Source of the DNA: a bacterium | GTDB lineage: Bacteria > UBA8248 | DNA: 64,000 nucleotides | Reading direction: 5' to 3' | NCBI GenBank assembly: GCA_965202625.1 | Contig: CBDBBI010000010.1 | Location: 2,016,001-2,080,000, forward strand | In this document: positions 1 to 9,551 of the stretch, piece by piece | Layout of the letters: the number at the start of each line of letters is the position of its first letter | Numbering within the stretch: position 1 is the first letter of the stretch | Made by a program: the position numbers and the translations under genes | The notes under the pieces: model-generated | Database searches by the model: none | The model's input: the letters and a program-made list of their open reading frames with translations, nothing else | What the model was told of the DNA's origin: nothing

Positions 1-1026
1 ACTTGTGAAATCTACGTGAATGGACTCTCCACCAGCCTGCCGGTGGACGTTCAAATTCGTATGCTTAGAACTATCAAGGGACTAGAGAGAGCCGAGGTGA
101 TGCGCGCGGGCTACGCCGTGGAATATGACTACGTGAAGCCCACCGCGCTTCACGCCAGCCTGATGGCGAAAAGGATGCCCGGACTATTCCATGCTGGCCA
201 GATAAACGGGACAACTGGTTACGAGGAGGCTGCGGCCCAGGGAATCATGGCGGGCGTCAACGCCGTGAGATACGTTCGGGAGGACGCGCCCGTCATTCTT
301 GGCCGAGAAGAGGCGTATATCGGCGTTTTGATTGACGATCTCGTAACCAAGGGGGTAGCCGAGCCATATCGGATGTTCACAAGTCGAGCTGAGCACAGGC
401 TCTTGCTTCGCCATGACAACGCGGATTTTCGGTTGATGGAATGTGGCTATCGGATTGGCGCGCTGGACAAGGAGACGTATCGCGCCTTCCAGGCGAAAGC
501 GGGGCGCGCGCGCGAGGCCATCAAGTATGCCGAAAACACGACGGTGAACCCGAAGCCGAACGTTCGAAGCGCCATGGAAGCGGCGGGTTTCAGGGCGCTG
601 AAAAAACCCTCGACCCTTGGCGATATTCTCCGCAGGCCAGAGGCGGGGCCGGAACTGGCGAAACAAATTGACTCTATAGGCCAAGGCCGCTTTCGAGAGA
701 TTTGGGAGGGGCTGGACAGGGAGTCTCGTCGATATGTGTTGGCGGAAATAAGATATAAGGAATACTTTGAGAGAGAGCGTCAGCAAGTCTCCCTTCTGAG
801 AATGGCGAACAGGGTGAGAATACCCGAAAGCATCTCGTATGACGACGTGAGCCACCTAAGCGCCGAAGTAAGGCAAAGACTTCAAGAGATACAACCAAAG
901 ACGCTTGGGCAGGCGAGCCGCATTTCCGGAGTGACGCCCGCCGCAATCGCGGTTCTAGAAGTTTATGTGCGAAAACGGAACGAGAAAGCCAGGCAGACTC
1001 CTTCGCCCACCACCGATCAGCAATAG
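1..1026 (+). CDS. mnmG: tRNA uridine 5-carboxymethylaminomethyl modification enzyme MnmG/GidA (3' part; gene starts before window)
   Basis: [54 protein letters not shown] and C-terminal [16 protein letters not shown] motifs. Confidence 0.97.
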   Translation, partial: TCEIYVNGLSTSLPVDVQIRMLRTIKGLERAEVMRAGYAVEYDYVKPTALHASLMAKRMPGLFHAGQINGTTGYEEAAAQGIMAGVNAVRYVREDAPVILGREEAYIGVLIDDLVTKGVAEPYRMFTSRAEHRLLLRHDNADFRLMECGYRIGALDKETYRAFQAKAGRAREAIKYAENTTVNPKPNVRSAMEAAGFRALKKPSTLGDILRRPEAGPELAKQIDSIGQGRFREIWEGLDRESRRYVLAEIRYKEYFERERQQVSLLRMANRVRIPESISYDDVSHLSAEVRQRLQEIQPKTLGQASRISGVTPAAIAVLEVYVRKRNEKARQTPSPTTDQQ

Positions 1027-1076
1027 CCCAAGTGTTCCATTTTAGGCCGCTTCTCTTTAATCTTCGAAATTCCGGT

Positions 1077-1092
1077 TGTTCCACGTGAAACA
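1077..1092. promoter_or_regulatory. parS centromere-like site 1
   Basis: TGTTCCACGTGAAACA matches the bacterial parS consensus and lies directly upstream of parAB. Confidence 0.93.
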
Positions 1093-1112
1093 TGTGACCT
1101 TGAGAGAAATTT

Positions 1113-1128
1113 TGTTCCACGTGAAACA
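1113..1128. promoter_or_regulatory. parS centromere-like site 2
   Basis: Identical 16-mer TGTTCCACGTGAAACA, 20 bp after site 1. Confidence 0.93.
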
Positions 1129-1204
1129 TTTTGTTGAATTTTCTGGTACGATATGAGAATCTTTGACTGTTGGAAATTGTCTTGATCCGCCCTGAAAAAG
1201 ACAC

Positions 1205-2044
1205 ATGGCGACAACGTTTAATGTAGCGGCCTTATCCGATGGCCAAAAATTCGTTGCAAATAGAAACGCGTGCACAGTTGTCGCCGTCGTGAACCAAAAG
1301 GGAGGCGTCGGCAAAACGACGACGGCCGTTAATTTGGCGGCCTGTCTCGCCGTGGCGAATGAACCAACCCTGTTGGTCGATATGGACCCGCAATCGAACG
1401 CAACGAGCAGTTTTGGTGTATTTTCGCAACGTTCTTCACTTTACGAGACGCTGGCGTTGGGCGTTCCGATTGACGATGAATCCTTGTATGATACTGAAAT
1501 AAAAGGGCTAACGCTTATTCCTTCTTCCATTGACTTGGCCGGTGCGGAAGTTGATCTCGCCGATCTACCACAAAGGGAGAGTCGTTTGCGAAACGCTCTT
1601 GAGCCGCTCAAAAGGCGGTTTCGCTATATTTTGATCGACTGCCCCCCCTCTCTTGGTTTTCTCACCATCAACGGCTTGCGTGCGGCGGATGAGGTGCTCA
1701 TTCCTATTCAGGCGGAGTATTTTGCACTTGAGGGTTTGGCTCGACTGATGGATACCGTGGAGCGGATACGCCGAAACGTTCATCCTAGCCTCCGGATAGG
1801 CGGGGTTTTGTTGACTATGTATGATACGAGAACGAATCTTTCTCGTCAGGTGAACGAGGATTTGAAGTCGCACCTTTCGGAGTTGGTGTATCAGGTCTTG
1901 ATTCCAAGAAACGTGCGCTTGGCTGAGGCCCCAAGCCACGGAAAACCGGTGATTGCGTATGATATATCCTCGCCTGGTGCCCAAGCGTATCTTGCACTGG
2001 CGAGTGAGTTTCTGGCCCGATCAAAACGAAGGATGAAAACCTGA
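1205..2044 (+). CDS. parA: Chromosome partitioning ATPase ParA/Soj
   Basis: Deviant Walker A NQKGGVGKTTT, DMDPQSNAT, IDCPPSLG, IPRNVRLAEAPSHG. Confidence 0.96.
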   Translation: MATTFNVAALSDGQKFVANRNACTVVAVVNQKGGVGKTTTAVNLAACLAVANEPTLLVDMDPQSNATSSFGVFSQRSSLYETLALGVPIDDESLYDTEIKGLTLIPSSIDLAGAEVDLADLPQRESRLRNALEPLKRRFRYILIDCPPSLGFLTINGLRAADEVLIPIQAEYFALEGLARLMDTVERIRRNVHPSLRIGGVLLTMYDTRTNLSRQVNEDLKSHLSELVYQVLIPRNVRLAEAPSHGKPVIAYDISSPGAQAYLALASEFLARSKRRMKT

Positions 2045-2046
2045 AC

Positions 2047-2973
2047 ATGGCGGCCGCAAGAAAAAAAGCGCTTGGCCGAGGGCTGGACGCTCTTTTGTCG
2101 TCCACCGAAACGGCGGAGCCTCTACCGTTGGACGTATCGTCCCATCAGGAAGCCGCCGAGACCGCAGGGATTTTGACGCGCGTCTCTCCATCTCGCCTTA
2201 GGCCCGGCGTTCACCAGCCGAGAGTTGATTTTGACGAGGCAGACTTGGCCGAGCTTGCCGAGTCTGTGAGGCGTCACGGCGTGCTTCAGCCTATTTTGGC
2301 AAGGCGATCCTTGGACGGGGTATATGAAATTGTAGCCGGAGAAAGGCGCTGGCGAGCCGCTCGGCAGGCGGCTGTTGATGAGATCCCCGTCATTCTCGTT
2401 GACGCCGGAGGGGATGAGGCGCTGGAGTTGGCGATCGTCGAAAACGTTCAACGCTCAGACCTGAGCCCGATGGAAGAGGCGGCCGCGTATTCCAGCATGA
2501 TGGAACGTCTGCATCTGACGCAAGAAGAGGTGGCTGCGCGCGTGGGCAAGGATCGCTCGACTATAGCAAACTATATGCGGCTCTTGAAGTTGCCCGCCTC
2601 CATTCAGGAGGGCGTGGCGGCTGGATTGCTATCCATGGGACACGCCAGAGCGCTTTTGTCGTTGCGCACGAATGAAGAGATGGCGAGTTGCGGAGAGGCC
2701 GCCATCAAAAGCAGGCTCTCTGTGCGTCAGCTGGAAGCGCAAGTCAGAAGGGTGCTTGAGGGCAAGGGCCAAGAAGGGAAGACTTTCAGGCGTCCCGTTC
2801 TGCAGGAAGGGCCGTCGGGTCGGCAGGCGTTGTATATTCGGGAGGCGAGAGAACGATTGCGGAGTGTGCTGGGGACGAAAGTCTCGATTTTGGGAGATGA
2901 GAACAAGGGCAAGATTGAAATCGAGTATTATTCGACGGAAACGCTTGATGGGCTGATTGAGCGGCTTTCTTGA
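2047..2973 (+). CDS. parB: Chromosome partitioning protein ParB/Spo0J
   Basis: LGRGLDALL N-terminus, GVLQPI, IVAGERRWRAA arginine patch, ENVQRSDL, HTH TQEEVAARVGKDRSTIANYMRLL. Confidence 0.96.
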   Translation: MAAARKKALGRGLDALLSSTETAEPLPLDVSSHQEAAETAGILTRVSPSRLRPGVHQPRVDFDEADLAELAESVRRHGVLQPILARRSLDGVYEIVAGERRWRAARQAAVDEIPVILVDAGGDEALELAIVENVQRSDLSPMEEAAAYSSMMERLHLTQEEVAARVGKDRSTIANYMRLLKLPASIQEGVAAGLLSMGHARALLSLRTNEEMASCGEAAIKSRLSVRQLEAQVRRVLEGKGQEGKTFRRPVLQEGPSGRQALYIREARERLRSVLGTKVSILGDENKGKIEIEYYSTETLDGLIERLS

Positions 2974-3529
2974 ATGCGGACCTTCTTTATCGGGGCTGGT
3001 GCGGAGGTCTGCGGATGGCGAAAAATTACAAGAAAAGCGTTCGCGCATTCTTGGGATAAGCTACAGAGGACACATTCATCATTGGAGCCGCATCAAAGAT
3101 GAAGTTCCACGTCAAGGCCGGCGTTGTCATCGTGATGGGACAGATGGATGAAAAATAGAGGTGAAGGAAAAACGTGAAGTGCGGGACCGCTCTCGACTGA
3201 AAGGTGAAATTCTTTTACACCAAGCATATACATGGAGGAGAGGGATGTGTGCGAGGGAATCTGTCGTATGACGAACGAACGAGGAGAGATGGAGAGAACC
3301 CTCGACAGGGCGGCCCGGAACTACTATAAGAGCGAATCGAGCCCCTCCGAGGAGGGTTGAACGTGACGCCCGTCCCGAGAACGCAGAATGCCAAACCTAC
3401 GTTCTGGAAACCTCGTCGCTGAAATGAAAAGCGTGATATACTGCGTCCAAGCTTGAGGTGGAGACCTTCGCTGCGGGGCCGCTGGTTCGCCACAGAGGCT
3501 CGGGACGATGGGAAAGAGGTGGGTTGGCG

Positions 3530-3799
3530 ATGGAGGAAGGTCGCTCGGTTCTGGGCGTCTTTGTCGGGTTTTTTTTCTGGTTTGGAGTTGCGTATTATTT
3601 TTATCATCGAGATTTTATAGGAGCTTTTTGGTTCGCTGTGGCCAGTGGCCTTTTGTATGGCGTCTATCTTTGGTTTCGCCATCTTTGGGCGGCGCGCCCA
3701 AGGCCTCTGCATATGCAGGATGAAGATGTTGATTTACCGTCCCGATCAGATTTGCCGAATTACGATTTTGAGAACGCTAAACCGAAAGACTTTGAATGA
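3530..3799 (+). CDS. Small two-helix membrane protein, hypothetical
   Basis: Two hydrophobic segments and an acidic tail; start inferred inside the 3458..3799 ORF. Confidence 0.6.
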   Translation: MEEGRSVLGVFVGFFFWFGVAYYFYHRDFIGAFWFAVASGLLYGVYLWFRHLWAARPRPLHMQDEDVDLPSRSDLPNYDFENAKPKDFE

Positions 3800-3864
3800 C
3801 GCGAATTTGATTTTCATTTCTTCTCACGACTTTCTCGGCTGGTTGCGGCGCGATTGGGGCTGAC

Positions 3865-4275
3865 GTGTCTCAGTTCGTGATATATGCCCACAGCGGCGAA
3901 TACGATCGCCTCTACCAAGTAGCGACCATGGCGGTGAGCGCCGCCGCGAATGGAGACGAGGCGCACGTGATTTTATTTTTTCATGCGTTAAAACGATTCG
4001 TGGACGATGACCTAGAAGGCGTCTTCGCGCCTTCCTCTCCTGAAGGGAGCGCCACTCCCGGAAAAGAGGGCGTTCGGGGCGCCAAACCCTCCTCTATCAG
4101 TGAGCTGATAGATTCCGCCAGGCAGCTTGGCAAGCTAAGGTTGTATGCTTGCGCCGCGCAGCCGAGGTTGATGGGCCTCGCGTCCGAGGACTTAGCGGAT
4201 ATTGTGGATGAAATCATTAGTCTGCCCGATTTTATGAGGAAAACAGAGGGGGCAAAGACAAAACTCTTCATTTGA
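3865..4275 (+). CDS. DsrE/DsrF-like (sulfur relay) family protein
   Basis: Size and pattern: AAA.GDE..VILFF.AL, then LYAC, IVDEII, F.......LFI C-terminus. Confidence 0.7.
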   Translation: MSQFVIYAHSGEYDRLYQVATMAVSAAANGDEAHVILFFHALKRFVDDDLEGVFAPSSPEGSATPGKEGVRGAKPSSISELIDSARQLGKLRLYACAAQPRLMGLASEDLADIVDEIISLPDFMRKTEGAKTKLFI

Positions 4276-4376
4276 GCGCGTTCGTCTCGGCTTTCTCGCG
4301 GTGATTTTGCGATCGTGTTGAACGCGCGGAGAGGACGGCTTTGCTTTTGTCCCTGAATCATTTTCGAGAAAAGCGC

Positions 4377-5237
4377 ATGAAATTTCTGGCGGCGGCGGCG
4401 CAAATTGGACCGACATTGGGGAACCTCGACGCGAATCGCGAATTGCTCGTCAAGGAGGTGAAAAAAGCGGAGGAGAGGGGCGTCGATCTCCTCGTTTTTC
4501 CCGAGCTTTCGTTGACGGGTTATTTTCTGAAGGACATGGTTCCTGATGTGGCCGTGAGGCAAGGAGACGAGTGCCTGCAAGAAATCGCCGCTCTCAGTCG
4601 GCGTGTCTCCCTTGTGGTTGGTTTTGTGGAGGAGTCCGCCCAATACGGGTTTTTTAATTCCGCAGCCTATTTCGAGAACGGGGAGATGCTGCACGTTCAT
4701 CGCAAGGTGTATTTGCCAACCTATGGACTGTTCGACGAGAATCGCTACATGGGCGCAGGAGACAAGATTCGCGCTTTTGACACCCGATTCGGCCGGTCGG
4801 CCGTCCTCATTTGCGAGGACGCTTGGCACCCGAGCCTGGCCGGAATCGCGTCGCTTGATGGCGCGGATTTACTTATTGTTCCCTCCGCCAGTCCTGCGCG
4901 CGGCGTCAGAAAGGGAAACGGCGAGGGAGGCCTCGCGATTCAGCGCGTTTGGCGCGCCCTGACGAGAACCTATGCCGCGGCCTACAATCAGCACGTCATT
5001 TTCAGCAACAGGGTGGGATACGAGGATGGAATCCATTTTTGGGGTGGCTCGGAAATTCTCTCACCCAGCGGCGAGCCGATCTCTCGGGCACGGCGCGCTC
5101 GAGAGCAATTTTTGGTCGCCTCTATTGACACGGCGAACGTGCGGCGCGCGAGAATCTCATCCCCCACGACAAGAGACGAGGACATGCATCTCACCCTCCG
5201 CGAACTCCGCCGCATCCAGAAGTCGCGGGAGAGGTAG
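4377..5237 (+). CDS. Nitrilase-family carbon-nitrogen hydrolase, likely stand-alone glutaminase subunit of NAD+ synthetase
   Basis: Glu-Lys-Cys triad motifs FPELSLTGY, HRKVYLPTYGLFDE, LICEDAWH; SASP; close to nadE. Confidence 0.8.
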   Translation: MKFLAAAAQIGPTLGNLDANRELLVKEVKKAEERGVDLLVFPELSLTGYFLKDMVPDVAVRQGDECLQEIAALSRRVSLVVGFVEESAQYGFFNSAAYFENGEMLHVHRKVYLPTYGLFDENRYMGAGDKIRAFDTRFGRSAVLICEDAWHPSLAGIASLDGADLLIVPSASPARGVRKGNGEGGLAIQRVWRALTRTYAAAYNQHVIFSNRVGYEDGIHFWGGSEILSPSGEPISRARRAREQFLVASIDTANVRRARISSPTTRDEDMHLTLRELRRIQKSRER

Positions 5238-5386
5238 GTTCTCGTATCGCGCCCCGGTTCTTGAATTGTACCCGGAATTCCTTTTTGCAGTTTCCGCGTC
5301 CCGAACCGTCTTAGGCGATTCTGCCCACGCTTCTGGAGTCTCGCTGACAACACGGGAGTGAGGCGGCCATGGGGATGGCCGTCGCT

Positions 5387-6166
5387 CTATTCGTCTCGCC
5401 ATTCGGTTTTTGAGGGCAGTGCGCCGCCCCTGAAGTTGAACAATAGCACTGAAGCGTCGCTCGCGTTTTCCACCGTATGCCAAGCGCCGCCGGGCGTGTG
5501 CACCAGATCGCCCGAGGACGCTTCGATGGTTTCGCCCTCCATGATGAAGTTCATGCTCCCTTTCAATACGAGAGTCGCCTCGTCCATCGTTTTCTGATGC
5601 CGATGAACGTGCGGTCTCGCGCCCGGAGGAAAGAAGACCACCTGGCACTCCAGGTATTCTGTGGAGAAGGCGCGCTTGAGACTATTTTCCTTCACTGTTT
5701 TCGGGTCGAAAGTCGTCGTTAGGTCGTCGAGGTCGCCCTTGATGTGCATCACGGGAGGCGCAAGAGGGTTTTTTACAGATTCCGGATCGGGATTCGGGGG
5801 TGGATCGCCTTCAGGCAGGAAGAAGCCCGATGGCATGACGCCGCCCCTGAAATTGAATTCTATCAATTCATCCTCGTCGATGTTTTTCATGTGGTGCATC
5901 GCGCCGCGCGGATTGAGGAGAAGGTTTCCCCTCTCGACGCTGAACGTCGCGCCGTTGCTGTGAATCAACCCGTTTCCACTGTAGATGAGGTAGCCCTCGT
6001 CCATCTCTTCATGGTGTGCATGATAAGGAGGATAAACGCCCGCGCCGAGGGCGATCACCCGCACTTCGAGATTGGGCGTGTCAACGCAGAGGGGAGATCC
6101 CTTTGTCCGCGCTTCTTCTTCATCGTAAACCCATTTTAGATTTTCGATGTTTCCTACGTAAGGCAT
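5387..6166 (-). CDS. Bicupin (two cupin-2 domains) protein
   Basis: Two internally repeated domains with H-x-H...DE and G..H motifs (YHAHHEEMDE/HVHRHQKTMDE; NFRGG twice). Confidence 0.8.
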   Translation of the reverse strand: MPYVGNIENLKWVYDEEEARTKGSPLCVDTPNLEVRVIALGAGVYPPYHAHHEEMDEGYLIYSGNGLIHSNGATFSVERGNLLLNPRGAMHHMKNIDEDELIEFNFRGGVMPSGFFLPEGDPPPNPDPESVKNPLAPPVMHIKGDLDDLTTTFDPKTVKENSLKRAFSTEYLECQVVFFPPGARPHVHRHQKTMDEATLVLKGSMNFIMEGETIEASSGDLVHTPGGAWHTVENASDASVLLFNFRGGALPSKTEWRDE

Positions 6167-6312
6167 GTGAACTCCGTATTATAGGCCTATGGGGCAAGAT
6201 ATACTTGGCGTCCCATAGGGTCAAACGCCTCAATCCATTGCGGAGAGAGTCCTCAAGGGGCATGATAGAAGGCGAATCGCCAGAGAAACATCTCTCATAA
6301 TGGAGATTCCGC

Positions 6313-7164
6313 ATGTTGGATGAGGGGCTTATTCGCCACGCGATGGCGGAACTCGCACTGGACAGCAAGCTCGCCGTCGGCCTGCTCTCCGGGTTCATTC
6401 GGGATGAGGTCTCCAAGGTGGGCGTGAAAAAGTTGGTTCTCGGCCTCTCGGGCGGAATCGACAGCGCGCTTTCCGCTTTTTTGGCGGCGGACGCCATGGG
6501 CCCCAATAACGTAACGGGCTTGATAATGCCCTATCGGCTCTCCAGCCCCCAAAGCGAAGAAGATGCGCGTGCGGTGGCCAAGGCCAGCGGCGTCCAGTTG
6601 AGAGTGGTGGACATTTCGCCGCAGGTGGACTCGTATTTTGGGCGGTTCCCCGATGCCGACAATCTTCGTCGAGGAAACAAGATGGCTCGGGAAAGGATGA
6701 CCATTTTGTATGATCACTCGGCCATGCTCAACGCTTTGGTGGTGGGCACGAGCAACAAAACCGAGCTTTTGCTCGGATATGGGACCTTGTTTGGAGACAT
6801 GGCCAGTGCCGTAAATCCCATCGGGGACTTGTTCAAGACGCAGGTGCGTCAGCTCTCCCGTTATGTTGGTGTGCCGGCGCAAGTGGTGGAGAAGGCCCCG
6901 AGCGCGGACCTTTGGGCAGGGCAAACCGACGAGCAGGAGCTCGGTTATGGCTACGAGGTAGCCGACGCCGTTTTGTATCATATGATAGACTGCCGCTATA
7001 AGCGCGAGGAGCTTTTGGGCGAAGGTTTTGCACCTGGGCTCGTAGATGGCATTCAAAAACTCGTGCAACGCAGCCAATACAAAAGACGCTTGCCGCTGAT
7101 CGCGAAACTCAGCCACCGAACGATCGACAGGGATTTCCGCTACGCCAGAGACTGGGGATTATAG
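6313..7164 (+). CDS. nadE: NAD+ synthetase (synthetase domain only)
   Basis: [12 protein letters not shown]-loop, [39 protein letters not shown]. Confidence 0.95.
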   Translation: MLDEGLIRHAMAELALDSKLAVGLLSGFIRDEVSKVGVKKLVLGLSGGIDSALSAFLAADAMGPNNVTGLIMPYRLSSPQSEEDARAVAKASGVQLRVVDISPQVDSYFGRFPDADNLRRGNKMARERMTILYDHSAMLNALVVGTSNKTELLLGYGTLFGDMASAVNPIGDLFKTQVRQLSRYVGVPAQVVEKAPSADLWAGQTDEQELGYGYEVADAVLYHMIDCRYKREELLGEGFAPGLVDGIQKLVQRSQYKRRLPLIAKLSHRTIDRDFRYARDWGL

Positions 7165-7286
7165 TCCCGCCCGCCCCCCTTGATGCGAACCCGGAACTAT
7201 GGCAATATGGAACTTTACATCCTTGCTCCATCTTCGATTTCGTTGGGCGCGCGTGATTTTTTGATTCTCAGGGGGGGGGCAAAATC

Positions 7287-7739
7287 GTGTTGAAAGAAGG
7301 ATCGAAAGCCCCTGCCTTCGCCCTGCGCGATGAAAACGGCAAGGTTCACCGACTCTCGAAATACAAGGGACAGAAGATCGTTCTCTATTTCTATCCGAAA
7401 GACAACACGCCTGGATGCACGACGGAGGCGCGGGATTTTAATAAAAACCTGGGGAAGATACAGAAGAAAAATGCCATTGTCATCGGCATCAGCCCGGACA
7501 ATGAGGTCAGCCACAAGAAATTCTCAAAGAAGCTGGAGTTAGACTTCACTTTGCTGGCGGACCCGGATGGTCTTATCTCGTCAAAGTATGAGGCGTATGG
7601 CGAGAAAACGCTGTTTGGCAGAAAGTTTAACGGAATTTTCCGCACAACCTATATTATTGATGAAAAGGGCGTCATCGAAAAAGTTTTCGAGAACGTCAAG
7701 GTGGATGGGCATACGAAAGACGTGCTGAAGGCGTTGTAG
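7287..7739 (+). CDS. bcp: Peroxiredoxin, BCP/PrxQ subfamily (single Cys)
   Basis: YFYPKDNTPGCTTEA motif; the usual second Cys is replaced by Arg. Confidence 0.92.
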   Translation: MLKEGSKAPAFALRDENGKVHRLSKYKGQKIVLYFYPKDNTPGCTTEARDFNKNLGKIQKKNAIVIGISPDNEVSHKKFSKKLELDFTLLADPDGLISSKYEAYGEKTLFGRKFNGIFRTTYIIDEKGVIEKVFENVKVDGHTKDVLKAL

Positions 7740-7889
7740 GCGTTCGGTCGCGTCCTTTCTCTGTTTTTCAGAATCTCCAATCAAAGAACGTGAGCGGCGA
7801 TTTGTCCGGAAAGACAACCTGGGCTTGAAGCGGCGGCCCGCCGCCTAGATTCCATTCAAGGGAAGCGAGAGACGGGAGGTAGCGCTAAA

Positions 7890-8360
7890 ATGACGATTCG
7901 ACCGAAAGAACTGCCGGAGACTACGGAGAATTGGGCCGAAGCCGACTGCAAGGGCCATGCGAAGAGCATCGTCACCGTCAAGGGTGGCCATACCGTGATT
8001 GTGGATGAACCCAAACGCTTGGGCGGCTCGGACGAAGGCCCCTCGCCTATGGGGTATCTCGTGACTTCGCTCGCCGGCTGCACCGCGGTGATTTTGGAGA
8101 GGTGCGCGAAAGAGGCGAAGCTCGAGATCGGTTCCCTGAAGGTGAAGTCCACCATCGTCTATAGCCCGAGAGGCATTGCGGGCCAAGAGGGATACCAGTC
8201 GAATCCGAGCGAGGCGCATAGCGAAATATGGCTTGAGATCGAGGCGAGCGATGAGCAGGTGGAGGCGTTGAAGGCGGATTATTTCCGAAGATGCCCCGTA
8301 TACAACCTGTTCAAGGCCAGTGGTTGCGTCGTGCGCGACGTTTGGCGCATCAACGAATGA
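7890..8360 (+). CDS. OsmC/Ohr-like family protein
   Basis: DEPKRLGGSDEGPSP...LAGC and RCPV two-Cys pattern. Confidence 0.85.
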   Translation: MTIRPKELPETTENWAEADCKGHAKSIVTVKGGHTVIVDEPKRLGGSDEGPSPMGYLVTSLAGCTAVILERCAKEAKLEIGSLKVKSTIVYSPRGIAGQEGYQSNPSEAHSEIWLEIEASDEQVEALKADYFRRCPVYNLFKASGCVVRDVWRINE

Positions 8361-8461
8361 TGATTGTTGCCTCAGAAGTCGCCTCTTGGGGTGCGGAGGG
8401 GTTTTTCGTTTATGACCCTCTTTGGCTCATGCGAGGATGCGGATAGGTTGTCGTCTCGTTT

Positions 8462-8995
8462 TTATTCTGGGCGCAAGACGCTTTTTGCCTTGTCTCCCGC
8501 CGGCTTGAGAACGAGCGCGTCCAGGGCGGGGCGCGCCGGGCTTCTTGAGAGGATGAGTTCGACGGGCCCATCCAAAACCATGATCTCGTGGACGTCTCCA
8601 GGGGGGAACTGAAGCAAATCTCCTGGCCCCGCCTCCAGTATCTCTCCTTCAACGGCGGCGCGAAGCCTCCCCTTGAGAAGATAAAGAAATTGCTCGTCCC
8701 GGTGGTAGTGTGGGCTGGAATGTGCATTCTCCTCCATGCGGAAATAGCCGATGGTGGTATGCACTCCATCGACCCAGGCGGCGTTTGCGGACACGTAGTC
8801 GGCGGCTTTTCCCTGGTCTTGATTGGCGAGGTCCTTATAGATGGGCATGAAGTCGGCTCCTGTAGAGAACGTGGAAATTCCACCCGGGCGCATTCTAACT
8901 CCAAGGGCTCGCAATCTGTCTAGCTCCCATGTATATTTGGCGTGATTGACGGCGAGCGTATCCGCATCCCGTCGGATGTGTGCCTTGCCAGACAT
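8462..8995 (-). CDS. Cupin-2 domain protein
   Basis: SSPHYHRDEQFLYLLKG and PGDLLQFPPGDVHE cupin motifs. Confidence 0.8.
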   Translation of the reverse strand: MSGKAHIRRDADTLAVNHAKYTWELDRLRALGVRMRPGGISTFSTGADFMPIYKDLANQDQGKAADYVSANAAWVDGVHTTIGYFRMEENAHSSPHYHRDEQFLYLLKGRLRAAVEGEILEAGPGDLLQFPPGDVHEIMVLDGPVELILSRSPARPALDALVLKPAGDKAKSVLRPE

Positions 8996-9035
8996 GTCGC
9001 GCCCAACCCATCCGTGTTTCGGGAGGAACCTGAAC

Positions 9036-9476
9036 GTGAAGATCGCAGCCCCTTTTTTCGTCTTGCTCCTTGGTTCGGCCTTGTACGCTTCGGCATACGA
9101 TCCTGCGAAACATCCCTTACCGGCGAATCCGGACTCCGCGTATGAGTTGGGCCGCGTCCAGATTCATCGTGGAGACATGCGAAGCGCGTTTTTGCATTTT
9201 CGCCAAGCGGTTGTACATGACTCTCAAGATTTCAGAGCCCATACCTTGATGGGTTATGCCCTCCGGCACCTCGATCGCCTGGATGAGGCCGTTGCCGCAT
9301 ACGACAAAGCCTTGCGCGTGAACCCCAAATACGCCGAGGCTCTCGAATACCGAGGCGTCGCCCATCTCTTGCGAGGAAACCGCGCCGCCGCTATGCGTGA
9401 TTACCAGAAATTGGTTCTCCTGCGCTCGCCGTTGGCGGAAGACTTGAGAAAGCGGATCGACGAAAGCGGAAAATAA
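9036..9476 (+). CDS. Exported tetratricopeptide-repeat protein
   Basis: GGAGG RBS before GTG 9036, signal-peptide-like N-terminus, TPR consensus (AHTLMGYAL..L.RLDEAVAAYDKAL..NPKYAEA). Confidence 0.8.
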   Translation: MKIAAPFFVLLLGSALYASAYDPAKHPLPANPDSAYELGRVQIHRGDMRSAFLHFRQAVVHDSQDFRAHTLMGYALRHLDRLDEAVAAYDKALRVNPKYAEALEYRGVAHLLRGNRAAAMRDYQKLVLLRSPLAEDLRKRIDESGK

Positions 9477-9551
9477 AGCGAGTGCTTATGCGCTTGCCCC
9501 TTCTGTTCGCGTCGTTTCACCTTCACTTGAACGCCTGTCCGGAGAAAGTTC

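Noticed and set aside
3103-3118. Possible third parS (AGTTCCACGTCAAGGC)
   Set aside because: Five mismatches to the two authentic sites; the right half is not palindromic
4273-8363. TGA stops of the DsrE-like and OsmC-like genes as possible Sec codons
   Set aside because: They fall at natural C-termini, not at Cys columns, and the catalytic Cys residues are already encoded normally
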